Part shown: piece by piece, positions 55,081 through 63,053 of the stretch | Numbering within the stretch: the first letter of the stretch is position 1 | Layout: each line of letters starts with the position of its first letter | Assembly (NCBI GenBank): GCA_964512925.1 | Contig: CAZEKH010000005.1 | Location: 4,325 to 68,324, forward strand | DNA from: an uncultured Candidatus Saccharibacteria bacterium | GTDB taxonomy: Bacteria; Patescibacteriota; Doudnabacteria; UBA920 | Direction: 5' to 3' | DNA length: 64,000 nt | Notes under the pieces: generated by a model | The model's input: the letters and a program-made list of their open reading frames with translations, nothing else | Database searches by the model: none | Told to the model about the DNA's origin: nothing | Made by a program: the position numbers and the translations under genes

Positions 55081-55446
55081 ATGACAAAAAAATTAGCAAT
55101 GGTTTTCGGGGTAGTTTTTGTGCTTGTTGGTTTGTTGGGATTTGTTTCCAATCCGATAGTCGGAGAAGGAAAAATTTTTCACACCAACCTTGCTCATAAC
55201 TTGGTGCACATTCTTTTAGGAGCAGTTTTGTTGTTAGGTATGAACAAGGGCGCTATGGTTTTGAAAGTTGTTGGCGCAGTGTACCTTTTAGTTGCCGTTT
55301 TGGGTTTTGTGATGGGCGGAGATATGCTTTTGGGACTGGTTGAGATAAACAGCGCGGATAACTGGCTTCATTTGGTTTTGGGTGTTGTGCTTTTTGCCTC
55401 CTCATTTGCAGGAGAATCAAATAGTTCTGCAGCACCACAAATTTAG
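55081..55446 (+). CDS. small membrane protein (DUF4383-like)
   Basis: 121 aa, 4 TM, 'GLLGF' motif. Confidence 0.45.
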   Translation: MTKKLAMVFGVVFVLVGLLGFVSNPIVGEGKIFHTNLAHNLVHILLGAVLLLGMNKGAMVLKVVGAVYLLVAVLGFVMGGDMLLGLVEINSADNWLHLVLGVVLFASSFAGESNSSAAPQI

Positions 55447-55454
55447 TTTTTAAA

Positions 55455-55487
55455 CAAAACCCCGCGAAAAATGCGGGGTTTTGTTGT
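55455..55487 (+). terminator. rho-independent terminator (AAAACCCCGCGAAAAATGCGGGGTTTT)
   Basis: 8-bp GC stem + T-run. Confidence 0.6.
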
Positions 55488-55496
55488 TTACAATCT

Positions 55497-56528
55497 ATGG
55501 GAATTTTTTTTAAAAAATATTTAATTTATATAATCCTGGTTTTTTTAGCGATTTTGTTTGTTTCAAAAGTCGTAGTTTTAAGGCAACCCAAAGAAAGTAT
55601 CGCGCCTGTCGGGCAAGTAGAAAAAAAATTTTATTCCATAAATGGACTGGAAGTTTCCAAAGAAGTATCCGTAAAAAGGCCTTTTGCTGTGATGGTGGAA
55701 AACCATCCGGACTCTCGCCCTCAGTCTGGGTTGTCAGCGGCGGATGTGGTCTATGAGACTTTGGCAGAAGGCGGTATAACCAGATTTTTAGCCCTTTACC
55801 AATCCGAAAATGCTGCGGAAATTGGACCTGTTAGAAGCGCGCGGGACTATTTTGCCGAGATTGCGGATGAGTGGGGCGCGGTATATGCCCACGTGGGTGG
55901 GAGTAATGAAGTTATCGCTGAACTAAAAGCAGGGAAGTATAAAAATGTATTTGACTTAAATGAATATTTTAGCGGCCAATATTTTTTTCGAAAAGAAGGG
56001 GTTCAGGCTCCCCACAATGTTTTTACTACTTCTAAACTTTTAGAAAAGGCTCGTGAAGAAAAGAAAATTTCCGATTTGCTTGAAAACCGGAAATTTTGGA
56101 AATTTAAAGCTGATTTTACTTCTGCCAGCAGCACAGTTTCAAAAATCCAAGTGGATTTCTCCAGACCAGGGTATGAAGTTTTATGGCATTACGATCAAAA
56201 CGCCAATAGTTATCTGAGGGATATATATTTTGAGCCTGATATAGATTTGGTCAACAAGAAAAGAATTGAAGCAAAAAATGTGATTGTTATGTTGGTTGAA
56301 GCAAAACAAGTACCTAAAGATCCTTTACTTAGAATAAATATGGATTTGTTTTCCGGCGGCAAGGCCTTGGTATTTTTAGACGGCCAAGTACAAATAGGGC
56401 AGTGGAAGAAAGAAAATGGCAAGACTGTTTTTTTAGATGAAAAAGGATTGGAGTTTAACTTGAACAGGGGTAAGATTTGGATTGAAGTTTTGCCGAAAGA
56501 CAGAGAAAAATATTTGGTTTGGGAGTAG
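55497..56528 (+). CDS. DUF3048-domain lipoprotein-like protein (YerB-like)
   Basis: 343 aa; 'RPFAVMVENHPDSRPQSGLSAADVVYETLAEGGITRF' matches the DUF3048 core. Confidence 0.55.
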   Translation: MGIFFKKYLIYIILVFLAILFVSKVVVLRQPKESIAPVGQVEKKFYSINGLEVSKEVSVKRPFAVMVENHPDSRPQSGLSAADVVYETLAEGGITRFLALYQSENAAEIGPVRSARDYFAEIADEWGAVYAHVGGSNEVIAELKAGKYKNVFDLNEYFSGQYFFRKEGVQAPHNVFTTSKLLEKAREEKKISDLLENRKFWKFKADFTSASSTVSKIQVDFSRPGYEVLWHYDQNANSYLRDIYFEPDIDLVNKKRIEAKNVIVMLVEAKQVPKDPLLRINMDLFSGGKALVFLDGQVQIGQWKKENGKTVFLDEKGLEFNLNRGKIWIEVLPKDREKYLVWE

Positions 56529-56576
56529 CATTTATATGTTATAATATAAATCTTTAAGCATTAACATAAATATAAA

Positions 56577-56759
56577 ATGCCACAACTTTCTTGCAAAACA
56601 ATGGGCGTGTCCGGGTGCGATTTTACAGCCCACGGAGAAACAGACGAAGAAGTAGTTTCAAATCTGATCAGCCACGCCAGAGAGGCTCATGCTGATATTG
56701 TTTCCGAAAAAGACGACGAAACGCTTTCCGGCGAAATGATGCCTAACATCAGCGAATAA
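56577..56759 (+). CDS. DUF1059-family small protein
   Basis: 60 aa; 'LSCKTMGVSGCDFTAHGETDEE...HAREAHA'. Confidence 0.5.
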   Translation: MPQLSCKTMGVSGCDFTAHGETDEEVVSNLISHAREAHADIVSEKDDETLSGEMMPNISE

Positions 56760-56770
56760 AATCGCATAAA

Positions 56771-56797
56771 AAAATTCCTCCTAAAGGAGGAATTTTT
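56771..56797. terminator. bidirectional rho-independent terminator (AAATTCCTCCTAAAGGAGGAATTTTTT)
   Basis: 9-bp stem flanked by A- and T-runs; convergent genes. Confidence 0.6.
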
Positions 56798-56814
56798 TGA
56801 AGTGAAATGAGAAT

Positions 56815-56988
56815 TTATTTAGCTTTAGCCTTGGTTTTGATGCATCTTGTGCAGGCTTTGACTCTTTTTCCGTCAAATATCGCGTATTGGAGGTTTGGCA
56901 GGAGTCTTCTTATGGAAGGCCTCATAGAGTGGGAACGTTTGATGGTTCGGCTATAGATTTTACCGCAGACTGCGCACATTCTTGGCAT
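56815..56988 (-). CDS. rpmB: 50S ribosomal protein L28 (start MPRMCAVCGK within ORF 56815..57051)
   Basis: 'CAVCGK..RSHS...RRLLPNLQ' L28 signature. Confidence 0.7.
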   Translation of the reverse strand: MPRMCAVCGKIYSRTIKRSHSMRPSIRRLLPNLQYAIFDGKRVKACTRCIKTKAKAK

Positions 56989-57005
56989 AAAGTTATTGAA
57001 AATTT

Positions 57006-57037
57006 TCCGCCAGAGGCGGATCCCGCCTTGCGGGAAA
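57006..57037. repeat. double hairpin TCCGCCAGAGGCGGA + TCCCGCCTTGCGGGA + A-run (GGATCCCGCYTTGCGGGAAAA motif, copy 1)
   Basis: motif recurs twice in tandem at 59762..59809. Confidence 0.5.
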
Positions 57038-57105
57038 AAATTAAAAATCAAAATGTAAAATTATTACTTTGTATAGATTAACATAGTTTGGTATAATGGT
57101 CAAGG

Positions 57106-57216
57106 TTTAGGCAATTGACCTAATTATTCTAATTACCCTAATTGACCTAAACAATCCCCAATGTTCAAAGTATTATTTGTTTAGAATAATTAGGTGAATT
57201 AGAAATTAGGAATTTA
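57106..57216. repeat. ~110-bp AT-rich inverted-repeat element (CTAATTATTCTAATT..CTAATTGACCTAAACAATCC..TTAGAATAATTAGG..AGAAATTAGG) in 5' leader of the M50 protease gene
   Basis: second copy at 62381..62476. Confidence 0.55.
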
Positions 57217-57251
57217 CAGTAAAAATTTTTTATAAAATCTAATATTTATAA

Positions 57252-57884
57252 ATGGATCTAATCATCACTTTCGCTATCCTTTTGTTTTCCGCCATCGTGC
57301 ATGAGGTCTCGCACGGGCTGATGGCTGAATATTTGGGCGACCCGACAGCCAGGCAGGAGGGCAGGATAACCCTAAACCCAATCTCCCACATAGACCCTTT
57401 TGGTAGCATAATTTTGCCCGCGCTTTTGTATTTTGGTTCCGCGGGATTTGCGCCTTCTCAGCGCGTTGTTTTTGGCTATGCCAAACCCGTGCCCGTGGAT
57501 ATGTACAGGCTTACAAGGTTTAAAAGCCGGCAGTGGGGGTTTGCTTTGGTCAGTTTTGCCGGACCTTTTTCAAACCTAGTGTTAGCTGTGTTTTTTGCTT
57601 TGCTTATAAAAATAGGACTGGTGAACGAAATTTCCGCCCCGATCTTAGTGTCCGCTATTGTTATAAACCTCTCTTTAGCTATTTTTAACCTCATCCCTAT
57701 ACCACCTTTGGATGGCAGTAAAATTCTACTGGCTTTTTTGCCCTATGAATCTTGGTATGTAAAGGCTTTGCAGTTTGAACGTTTCGGATTTATTTTAATA
57801 TATGTTTTCATTAGTAGTGGAATAATGGATCGCATCCTTTGGCCTGTGGTAGACGCGTTTTTCCGGTTTTTTGGACTAGGTTGA
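57252..57884 (+). CDS. site-2 protease family (M50) zinc metalloprotease
   Basis: 210 aa; 'HEVSHG' HExxH in TM1, 'LNPISHIDPFG', LDG motif. Confidence 0.7.
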   Translation: MDLIITFAILLFSAIVHEVSHGLMAEYLGDPTARQEGRITLNPISHIDPFGSIILPALLYFGSAGFAPSQRVVFGYAKPVPVDMYRLTRFKSRQWGFALVSFAGPFSNLVLAVFFALLIKIGLVNEISAPILVSAIVINLSLAIFNLIPIPPLDGSKILLAFLPYESWYVKALQFERFGFILIYVFISSGIMDRILWPVVDAFFRFFGLG

Positions 57885-58039
57885 CATTTTAAAGAAAAAA
57901 GTTATAATATAGGTAACTAAATACAGAAACCATTCACAGATCACAGATAGGTTCAGATAGCACAGATCAAAAAGATTTGTAAAATTTGCTCCAATTTGTG
58001 TATTTGTGAATAATAACCTTATTTAGTCGAGTTTTTGGG

Positions 58040-58105
58040 AATACCACCCCGCCCTGCGGGCACCCCTCCTATATTTAGGCGGGGAAAATCCGAAAGGTTT
58101 CCGGA
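58040..58105. repeat. hairpin cluster in rpsL leader (CCCGCCCTGCGGG, CCCCTCCTATATTTAGGCGGGG, ATCCGAAAGGTTTCCGGAT)
   Basis: CCCCTCCTAT(A)TTTAGG core identical to metG element at 36281. Confidence 0.45.
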
Positions 58106-58189
58106 TAGTACCAAAAAAGCGAAGTAGACAAGAACTGATTGTCGATCAGTTTTTATTGTGTCAATAGACTTAACATTTAAGGAAAAACT

Positions 58190-58603
58190 ATGCCAACAAT
58201 CAACCAGTTAGTCAGGCGAGGACGAAGCCCGCTTAAAGCCAAGAGAAAGTCTCCGGCTTTGCAGTTTCGTATGAACCTTTTAAAAAACAGGGAAGTGCCG
58301 ATGAAAACAGGAATTCCGTTTATGCGCGGAGTGTGCCTGAAAGTGTATACCACTACGCCAAAAAAGCCGAACTCGGCTTTGCGTAAAGTTGCCAAGGTCA
58401 AACTGACCAATGGAATGGAAGTTATCGCGTACATCCCAGGGGTTGGCCACAACCTCCAGGAACACTCAGTGGTAATGATCCGCGGCGGACGCGTTAAAGA
58501 TTTGCCTGGTGTCAGGTACCATATTGTTCGCGGAAAACTAGATACTCTCGGAGTCGACGGGAGAAAGAGATCAAGAAGCAAATACGGAACCAAAAGAAAG
58601 TAA
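58190..58603 (+). CDS. rpsL: 30S ribosomal protein S12 with ~15-aa insertion after the PAL motif
   Basis: 'PTINQLVR', '[16 protein letters not shown]', '[25 protein letters not shown]'. Confidence 0.9.
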   Translation: MPTINQLVRRGRSPLKAKRKSPALQFRMNLLKNREVPMKTGIPFMRGVCLKVYTTTPKKPNSALRKVAKVKLTNGMEVIAYIPGVGHNLQEHSVVMIRGGRVKDLPGVRYHIVRGKLDTLGVDGRKRSRSKYGTKRK

Positions 58604-58684
58604 ATCAGTAAAATCAGATATTAGTAAATCAGATCATTTTTTACTGATCTACTGATAAACTGACAAACTGATAACTAAAAACTT

Positions 58685-59269
58685 ATGCCAAGAAAATCAC
58701 GAAATTACGACAAACATGTGCCAGAACCGGATCCGAAATACGGGTCGGTTAAATATGCCAAGTTTATCAATTACATCATGGAGCGCGGAAAGAAAAATGT
58801 TGCGCGCAAGATTTTTTACGATGCTTTGGATATAGTGGAAGAGAAAGTTAAAGCTTTGCAGCCGCAGGGCGGGGCTAAAACAGGTGCCCCTGCAAAAGCC
58901 GGCGCAGATAAAACCGGAGAAAAACCGGCAAAAGAAGAAAAGACTGTGGCTTTGGACGGCCGCCAAGTTTTTGATATTGCTTTGAAGAATGTGGGCCCCT
59001 TGATGGAACTAAAAAGCCGCCGCGTAGGCGGAGCTAACTACCAGGTTCCTATGGAAGTTGTTGAACCAAGAAGAACAGTTCTCGCTATGCGCTGGATACT
59101 GGCTTCCTGCCGCGCCAAAAAAGGCGTGCCAATGGCAATGAGACTGGCTACTGAAATTGTGGATGCTTACCAGAAACAGGGAGCTTCCATCAAAAAGCGT
59201 GAAGATGTGCACCGTATGGCAGAAGCCAACAAAGCCTTTGCCCACTTTGCAAGGTTTAACCGCAGATAA
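58685..59269 (+). CDS. rpsG: 30S ribosomal protein S7 with ~32-aa Ala/Lys/Gly/Pro-rich insertion
   Basis: 'KSRRVGGANYQVP', 'ALAMRWI', 'KKREDVHRMAEANKAFAHF'. Confidence 0.9.
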   Translation: MPRKSRNYDKHVPEPDPKYGSVKYAKFINYIMERGKKNVARKIFYDALDIVEEKVKALQPQGGAKTGAPAKAGADKTGEKPAKEEKTVALDGRQVFDIALKNVGPLMELKSRRVGGANYQVPMEVVEPRRTVLAMRWILASCRAKKGVPMAMRLATEIVDAYQKQGASIKKREDVHRMAEANKAFAHFARFNRR

Positions 59270-59485
59270 ACTACAGAACTACGAATTTGGAAACACTACA
59301 GATACCTACAGAAGTAAAGGAAGTATTTAGATATAGTGTTCGAATTTACGAATAGGACGAATCTGCGAATGATTGCGAATAAGATTTTCTTGATGATACT
59401 TTGATGAAAAGTATGAAAAAATAATAAAAAAAGTCCCACACCCGTCCGTTGAGTGAAACGAGTGTGGGGGCAGGAAAAGTGGTTT

Positions 59486-59635
59486 CTATAGAAAATCTGC
59501 TAGATATCGTGCCACGCCATAGGATGCTAGTACCTTGAAGGTCCATACAGCGACGGTTATCGGTTTTTCCTTCCAGCAGACGACGGTTATTATCACACCG
59601 TAAAACAAACCTGACTGGATGTAGTTTGGGTCCAT
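59486..59635 (-). CDS. hypothetical 50-aa membrane peptide with AAGGAG SD
   Basis: internal Met of ORF 59486..59710; preceded by CTTTACAAAACTCTCTCTCTGATATTTTT box shared with gene 62104..62316. Confidence 0.35.
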   Translation of the reverse strand: MDPNYIQSGLFYGVIITVVCWKEKPITVAVWTFKVLASYGVARYLADFL

Positions 59636-59761
59636 TAAATACTCCTTTTCAGGAGTAAAAATATCAGAGAGAGAGTTTTGTAAAGGCTGGTAGGAAATTT
59701 TGAACAACAAATTTTAAATCAAATTTGAATTTCAAAATTCATTGAAAATTGTCCGGCAAAG

Positions 59762-59809
59762 TCGGATCCCGCTTTGCGGGAAAATCGGATCCCGCTTTGC
59801 GGGAAAAAT
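59762..59809. repeat. tandem 24-bp direct repeat (TCGGATCCCGCTTTGCGGGAAAA x2), each a TCCCGC/GCGGGA hairpin
   Basis: two adjacent identical units; related single unit at 57021..57037. Confidence 0.65.
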
Positions 59810-59847
59810 TGTAAAATTAAAAAATTGAAAATTAATTAAATACTTAT

Positions 59848-59884
59848 CAACCTCTCCCTGGCCCTCCCCAGGTCTTGGGGAGGG
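59848..59884. repeat. nested palindromic element (CAACCTCTCCCTGG + CCCTCCCCAGGTCTTGGGGAGGG) 18 nt upstream of fusA
   Basis: perfect 8-bp inner inverted repeat. Confidence 0.7.
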
Positions 59885-59902
59885 AAACTATAAAGCAAAT
59901 CT

Positions 59903-62026
59903 ATGGCACGCGAATATTCTATTGAAGTTACTAGAAATATTGGTATCATTGCGCACATTGATGCTGGTAAAACCACTACTACGGAAGGTGTGCTTTTTAA
60001 CACTGGGCAAAAACACAAGATCGGAGCGGTGCACGAAGGCGAAACCACGACTGACTGGATGGAGCAGGAAAAAGAGCGCGGTATAACCATCACCGCGGCT
60101 GCTATCACCTGTTACTGGACCCCTCAGCACGTAAAGCTGGCTCCGGAAACTAAATATAAGATCAACATCATTGACACTCCGGGTCACGTGGATTTTACCG
60201 TGGAAGTGGAACGCAGTTTACGAGTTTTGGACGGCGCAGTTACCGTGTTTGACGGAAAAATGGGCGTGGAGCCGCAATCTGAAACTGTGTGGAGGCAGGC
60301 TGACAAATACGGCGTGCCGCGCATTTGCTCTATCAACAAAATCAACCAAACCGGCGGGGACTTTTACAAGTCTTTGGATTCTATCCATAAACGACTGTCT
60401 CCCAATGCAATGCCAATACAAATCCCGGTTGGGTTTGAAAAAGACATTTGCGGCGTGGTGGATTTGATCCAGATGAAGTCTTACACCTATAAGGATTACA
60501 CGGATAAGCAATTTATAGTCGGCGAAATACCGGCAGATATGTTGGAAAAAGCAAAAGAATGGAGAAATAAACTGGTTGAAAAAGTGGTTGAGTACGACGA
60601 TGCGATGATGGAAAAGTATCTAAGCGGAGTTGAGCTGACTGAAAACGAGCTTTTAACCACCATTCGCAAAGCCACCCAGTCCGGCCAGTTTTTCCCGGTA
60701 ATCGGCGGCGACAACCGCGGTATCATCGTGCAGATGATGCTGGACGCGGTGGTAAACTTCCTTCCAAGCCCGGTAGACCGTGGCCCAGTGAAGGGCGTAA
60801 ATCCGGATACCGAAGCTGAAGAAATAAGAAAGCCGTCTGACGACGAGCCGTTTTCAGCTCTGGCTTTTAAAATCGCCACCGATCCTTTTGTGGGACGACT
60901 GGCTTTCTTCCGCGTATACTCCGGCCATTTGGAAGCTGGAAACTATATTTTGAACGCAACCACCGGCAACAAAGAGCGCGTGGGACGTATCGTGCGGATG
61001 CGCGCCAACGAAAGAGATGAAGTAAAAGAAGTTTTTGCCGGCGACATCTGCGCTTTAGTCGGACCTAAAGATACATTGACAAGCCACACTTTGTGCGACG
61101 AAAAGCATCCTATACTTTTGGGCGCTATCAAATTTGCTGATCCGGTTATCTCTATGTCTATTGAACCGAAGACCAAGGCTGACCAGGAAAAGATGGGTAT
61201 TGCGATGCAGAAGCTGGCGGAAGAAGATCCGACTTTTAAAGTCTCTACCAACGAAGAAACCCAGCAGACTATCATCGCGGGTATGGGCGAACTGCACCTA
61301 GAAATTTTAGTGGACAGGATGCGCCGCGAGTTTAAGGTGGAAGCCAATGTCGGGGAGCCGGAAGTGGCATATAAAGAAACTATCAAAAAGACCGCAGAAG
61401 CTGAAAGCAAATACATCCGCCAGTCTGGCGGACGCGGACAGTACGGCCACGTATACCTTCGCATTGAACCTCAGGAACGCGGCAAGGGGTATGAATTCTT
61501 GGACGAGATCGTGGGCGGTGTGATCCCGAAAGAATACATCAAGCCAATAGATAAAGGCATCCAGGAGTCTGCGGCCAACGGCGTTATTGCCGGATATCCT
61601 TTGGTTGACTTTAAGATCGCTTGTTATGACGGAAGCTACCACGAAGTTGACTCTTCGGAAATGGCTTTCAAAATCGCGGCGTCCAAGGGACTTCAGGAAG
61701 TTGCTAAGAGGGCAGACCCCATCCTTCTTGAGCCAATTATGAAAGTGGAAGTTATTACCCCGGAAGCCAATATGGGAGATGTTATAGGCGACCTAAACGC
61801 CAAACGCGCAAAAATAGACGAGATGACTGACAGAATGCATCTTAAAGTCATCAAAGCTCAGGTGCCTTTGGCTGAAATGTTCGGTTATGCTACAACCTTG
61901 AGAAGCATGACTCAGGGACAAGCTTCCTATACTATGGAATTTGACCACTACGAAGAAGTAGGAAAAAATATCACTGCCAAAATAGTAGAAAAGAGGCAGG
62001 GGATAAATGTGAGAAAGGGCATGTAA
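59903..62026 (+). CDS. fusA: elongation factor G
   Basis: 707 aa; 'AHIDAGKTT', 'DTPGHVDF', 'NKID' (as NKIN), domains II-V. Confidence 0.92.
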   Translation: MAREYSIEVTRNIGIIAHIDAGKTTTTEGVLFNTGQKHKIGAVHEGETTTDWMEQEKERGITITAAAITCYWTPQHVKLAPETKYKINIIDTPGHVDFTVEVERSLRVLDGAVTVFDGKMGVEPQSETVWRQADKYGVPRICSINKINQTGGDFYKSLDSIHKRLSPNAMPIQIPVGFEKDICGVVDLIQMKSYTYKDYTDKQFIVGEIPADMLEKAKEWRNKLVEKVVEYDDAMMEKYLSGVELTENELLTTIRKATQSGQFFPVIGGDNRGIIVQMMLDAVVNFLPSPVDRGPVKGVNPDTEAEEIRKPSDDEPFSALAFKIATDPFVGRLAFFRVYSGHLEAGNYILNATTGNKERVGRIVRMRANERDEVKEVFAGDICALVGPKDTLTSHTLCDEKHPILLGAIKFADPVISMSIEPKTKADQEKMGIAMQKLAEEDPTFKVSTNEETQQTIIAGMGELHLEILVDRMRREFKVEANVGEPEVAYKETIKKTAEAESKYIRQSGGRGQYGHVYLRIEPQERGKGYEFLDEIVGGVIPKEYIKPIDKGIQESAANGVIAGYPLVDFKIACYDGSYHEVDSSEMAFKIAASKGLQEVAKRADPILLEPIMKVEVITPEANMGDVIGDLNAKRAKIDEMTDRMHLKVIKAQVPLAEMFGYATTLRSMTQGQASYTMEFDHYEEVGKNITAKIVEKRQGINVRKGM

Positions 62027-62103
62027 ATAGCAGGGGGTAGGGTTTAGGATGTATTAAAAAAACGGGCCAGGTAACTACCGGACCCGCGTTGGGAACGACA
62101 CCG

Positions 62104-62316
62104 TTATAATTCGATGTCATAGAGCACAATGGCATTTCGTGAACCAACCTGTCCGATATCACGCACAACCGTAGTTTGATCTAGCATTTTGGCCAATGCT
62201 TTGCGTGCGAGTTTGGGTGACTTGCCCGGTATTAAAGCTATTGTTGCTGTTGTACTTTTTCTTTTTCTTTGTTTTCTTTGTCCCACAGTTGTAAACAAGA
62301 AAATGTAAAGAGGCAT
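62104..62316 (-). CDS. hypothetical small basic protein antisense within the fusA-tuf spacer
   Basis: 70 aa; AAGGAGTTCGC-ATG SD; upstream CTTTACAAAACCCCTCTCTCTGATATTTTT box; T-run after hairpin downstream. Confidence 0.4.
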   Translation of the reverse strand: MPLYIFLFTTVGQRKQRKRKSTTATIALIPGKSPKLARKALAKMLDQTTVVRDIGQVGSRNAIVLYDIEL

Positions 62317-62380
62317 GCGAACTCCTTTTCTCGATCATTCTAAAAATATCAGAGAGAGGGGTTTTGTAAAGACTTTGTTG

Positions 62381-62476
62381 AATTATTCTAATTATTCTAA
62401 TTGACCTAAACAAATCCTAAAATTGGAGTTTAGAAATTATTTAGAATAATCAGAAATTAGGTCAATTAGAAATTTA
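62381..62476. repeat. ~95-bp AT-rich inverted-repeat element, copy 2 (CTAATTGACCTAAACAAATCC ... TTAGGTCAATTAG) ending 5 nt before the ATG at 62482
   Basis: terminal 13-bp inverted repeat; aligns with 57106..57216. Confidence 0.55.
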
Positions 62477-62481
62477 CTTTT

Positions 62482-62841
62482 ATGTCCTCACTTCAAGACA
62501 TCATCAAAATAGCTAAGACTGAAAAAGGGAAGTTTTTTGTGATGGATGAAAAGGGCGAGGCAAAACTAGTTATACTGCCTTTTGAGGAGTACCAAAAGCT
62601 GTTGTTAGGAAAGTTAAAAGAACAGGTGCAGGATGTGGAAAAGATCAACGAAGAGATAACCAAAGCTCAGATAGAAAGCGGACAGGTCAATGTGGAAAGG
62701 TATTTGGTTTCAAAGCCAAAGGTTCAAGAAAACTTTCGGGCGTTTACTCAGCCCAAAGTTGAAACTGCGGACTTGCGCGAGGAAGTCATAGACCCCAGTT
62801 TTGACTTCGAAGCCCCGAAAATGGACTTGGACAGTTTTTGA
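62482..62841 (+). CDS. hypothetical protein
   Basis: 119 aa acidic ORF. Confidence 0.4.
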   Translation: MSSLQDIIKIAKTEKGKFFVMDEKGEAKLVILPFEEYQKLLLGKLKEQVQDVEKINEEITKAQIESGQVNVERYLVSKPKVQENFRAFTQPKVETADLREEVIDPSFDFEAPKMDLDSF

Positions 62842-63053
62842 CAGAATGCGGAAAATATTTTAAAATTCATTTGTAAAAATTAATTAATTCTACTTTAAAA
62901 ATCTAAACGGATTTTGTTCCTGGATTCGTCCCGATGTACATCGGGATAAAAAAGAGATCCCCTTGGCACTGCTGCCCAATCGATAGGCGGTGGTGACTAG
63001 GGAATCTCGGACAGAGCCTGAAAAAGATTTTAAAATTAGACCAAAGGAAAAAA

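Noticed and set aside
59750-59809. Possible CRISPR array
   Set aside because: Only two directly abutting 24-bp units with no spacers and hairpin-type sequence; not CRISPR.
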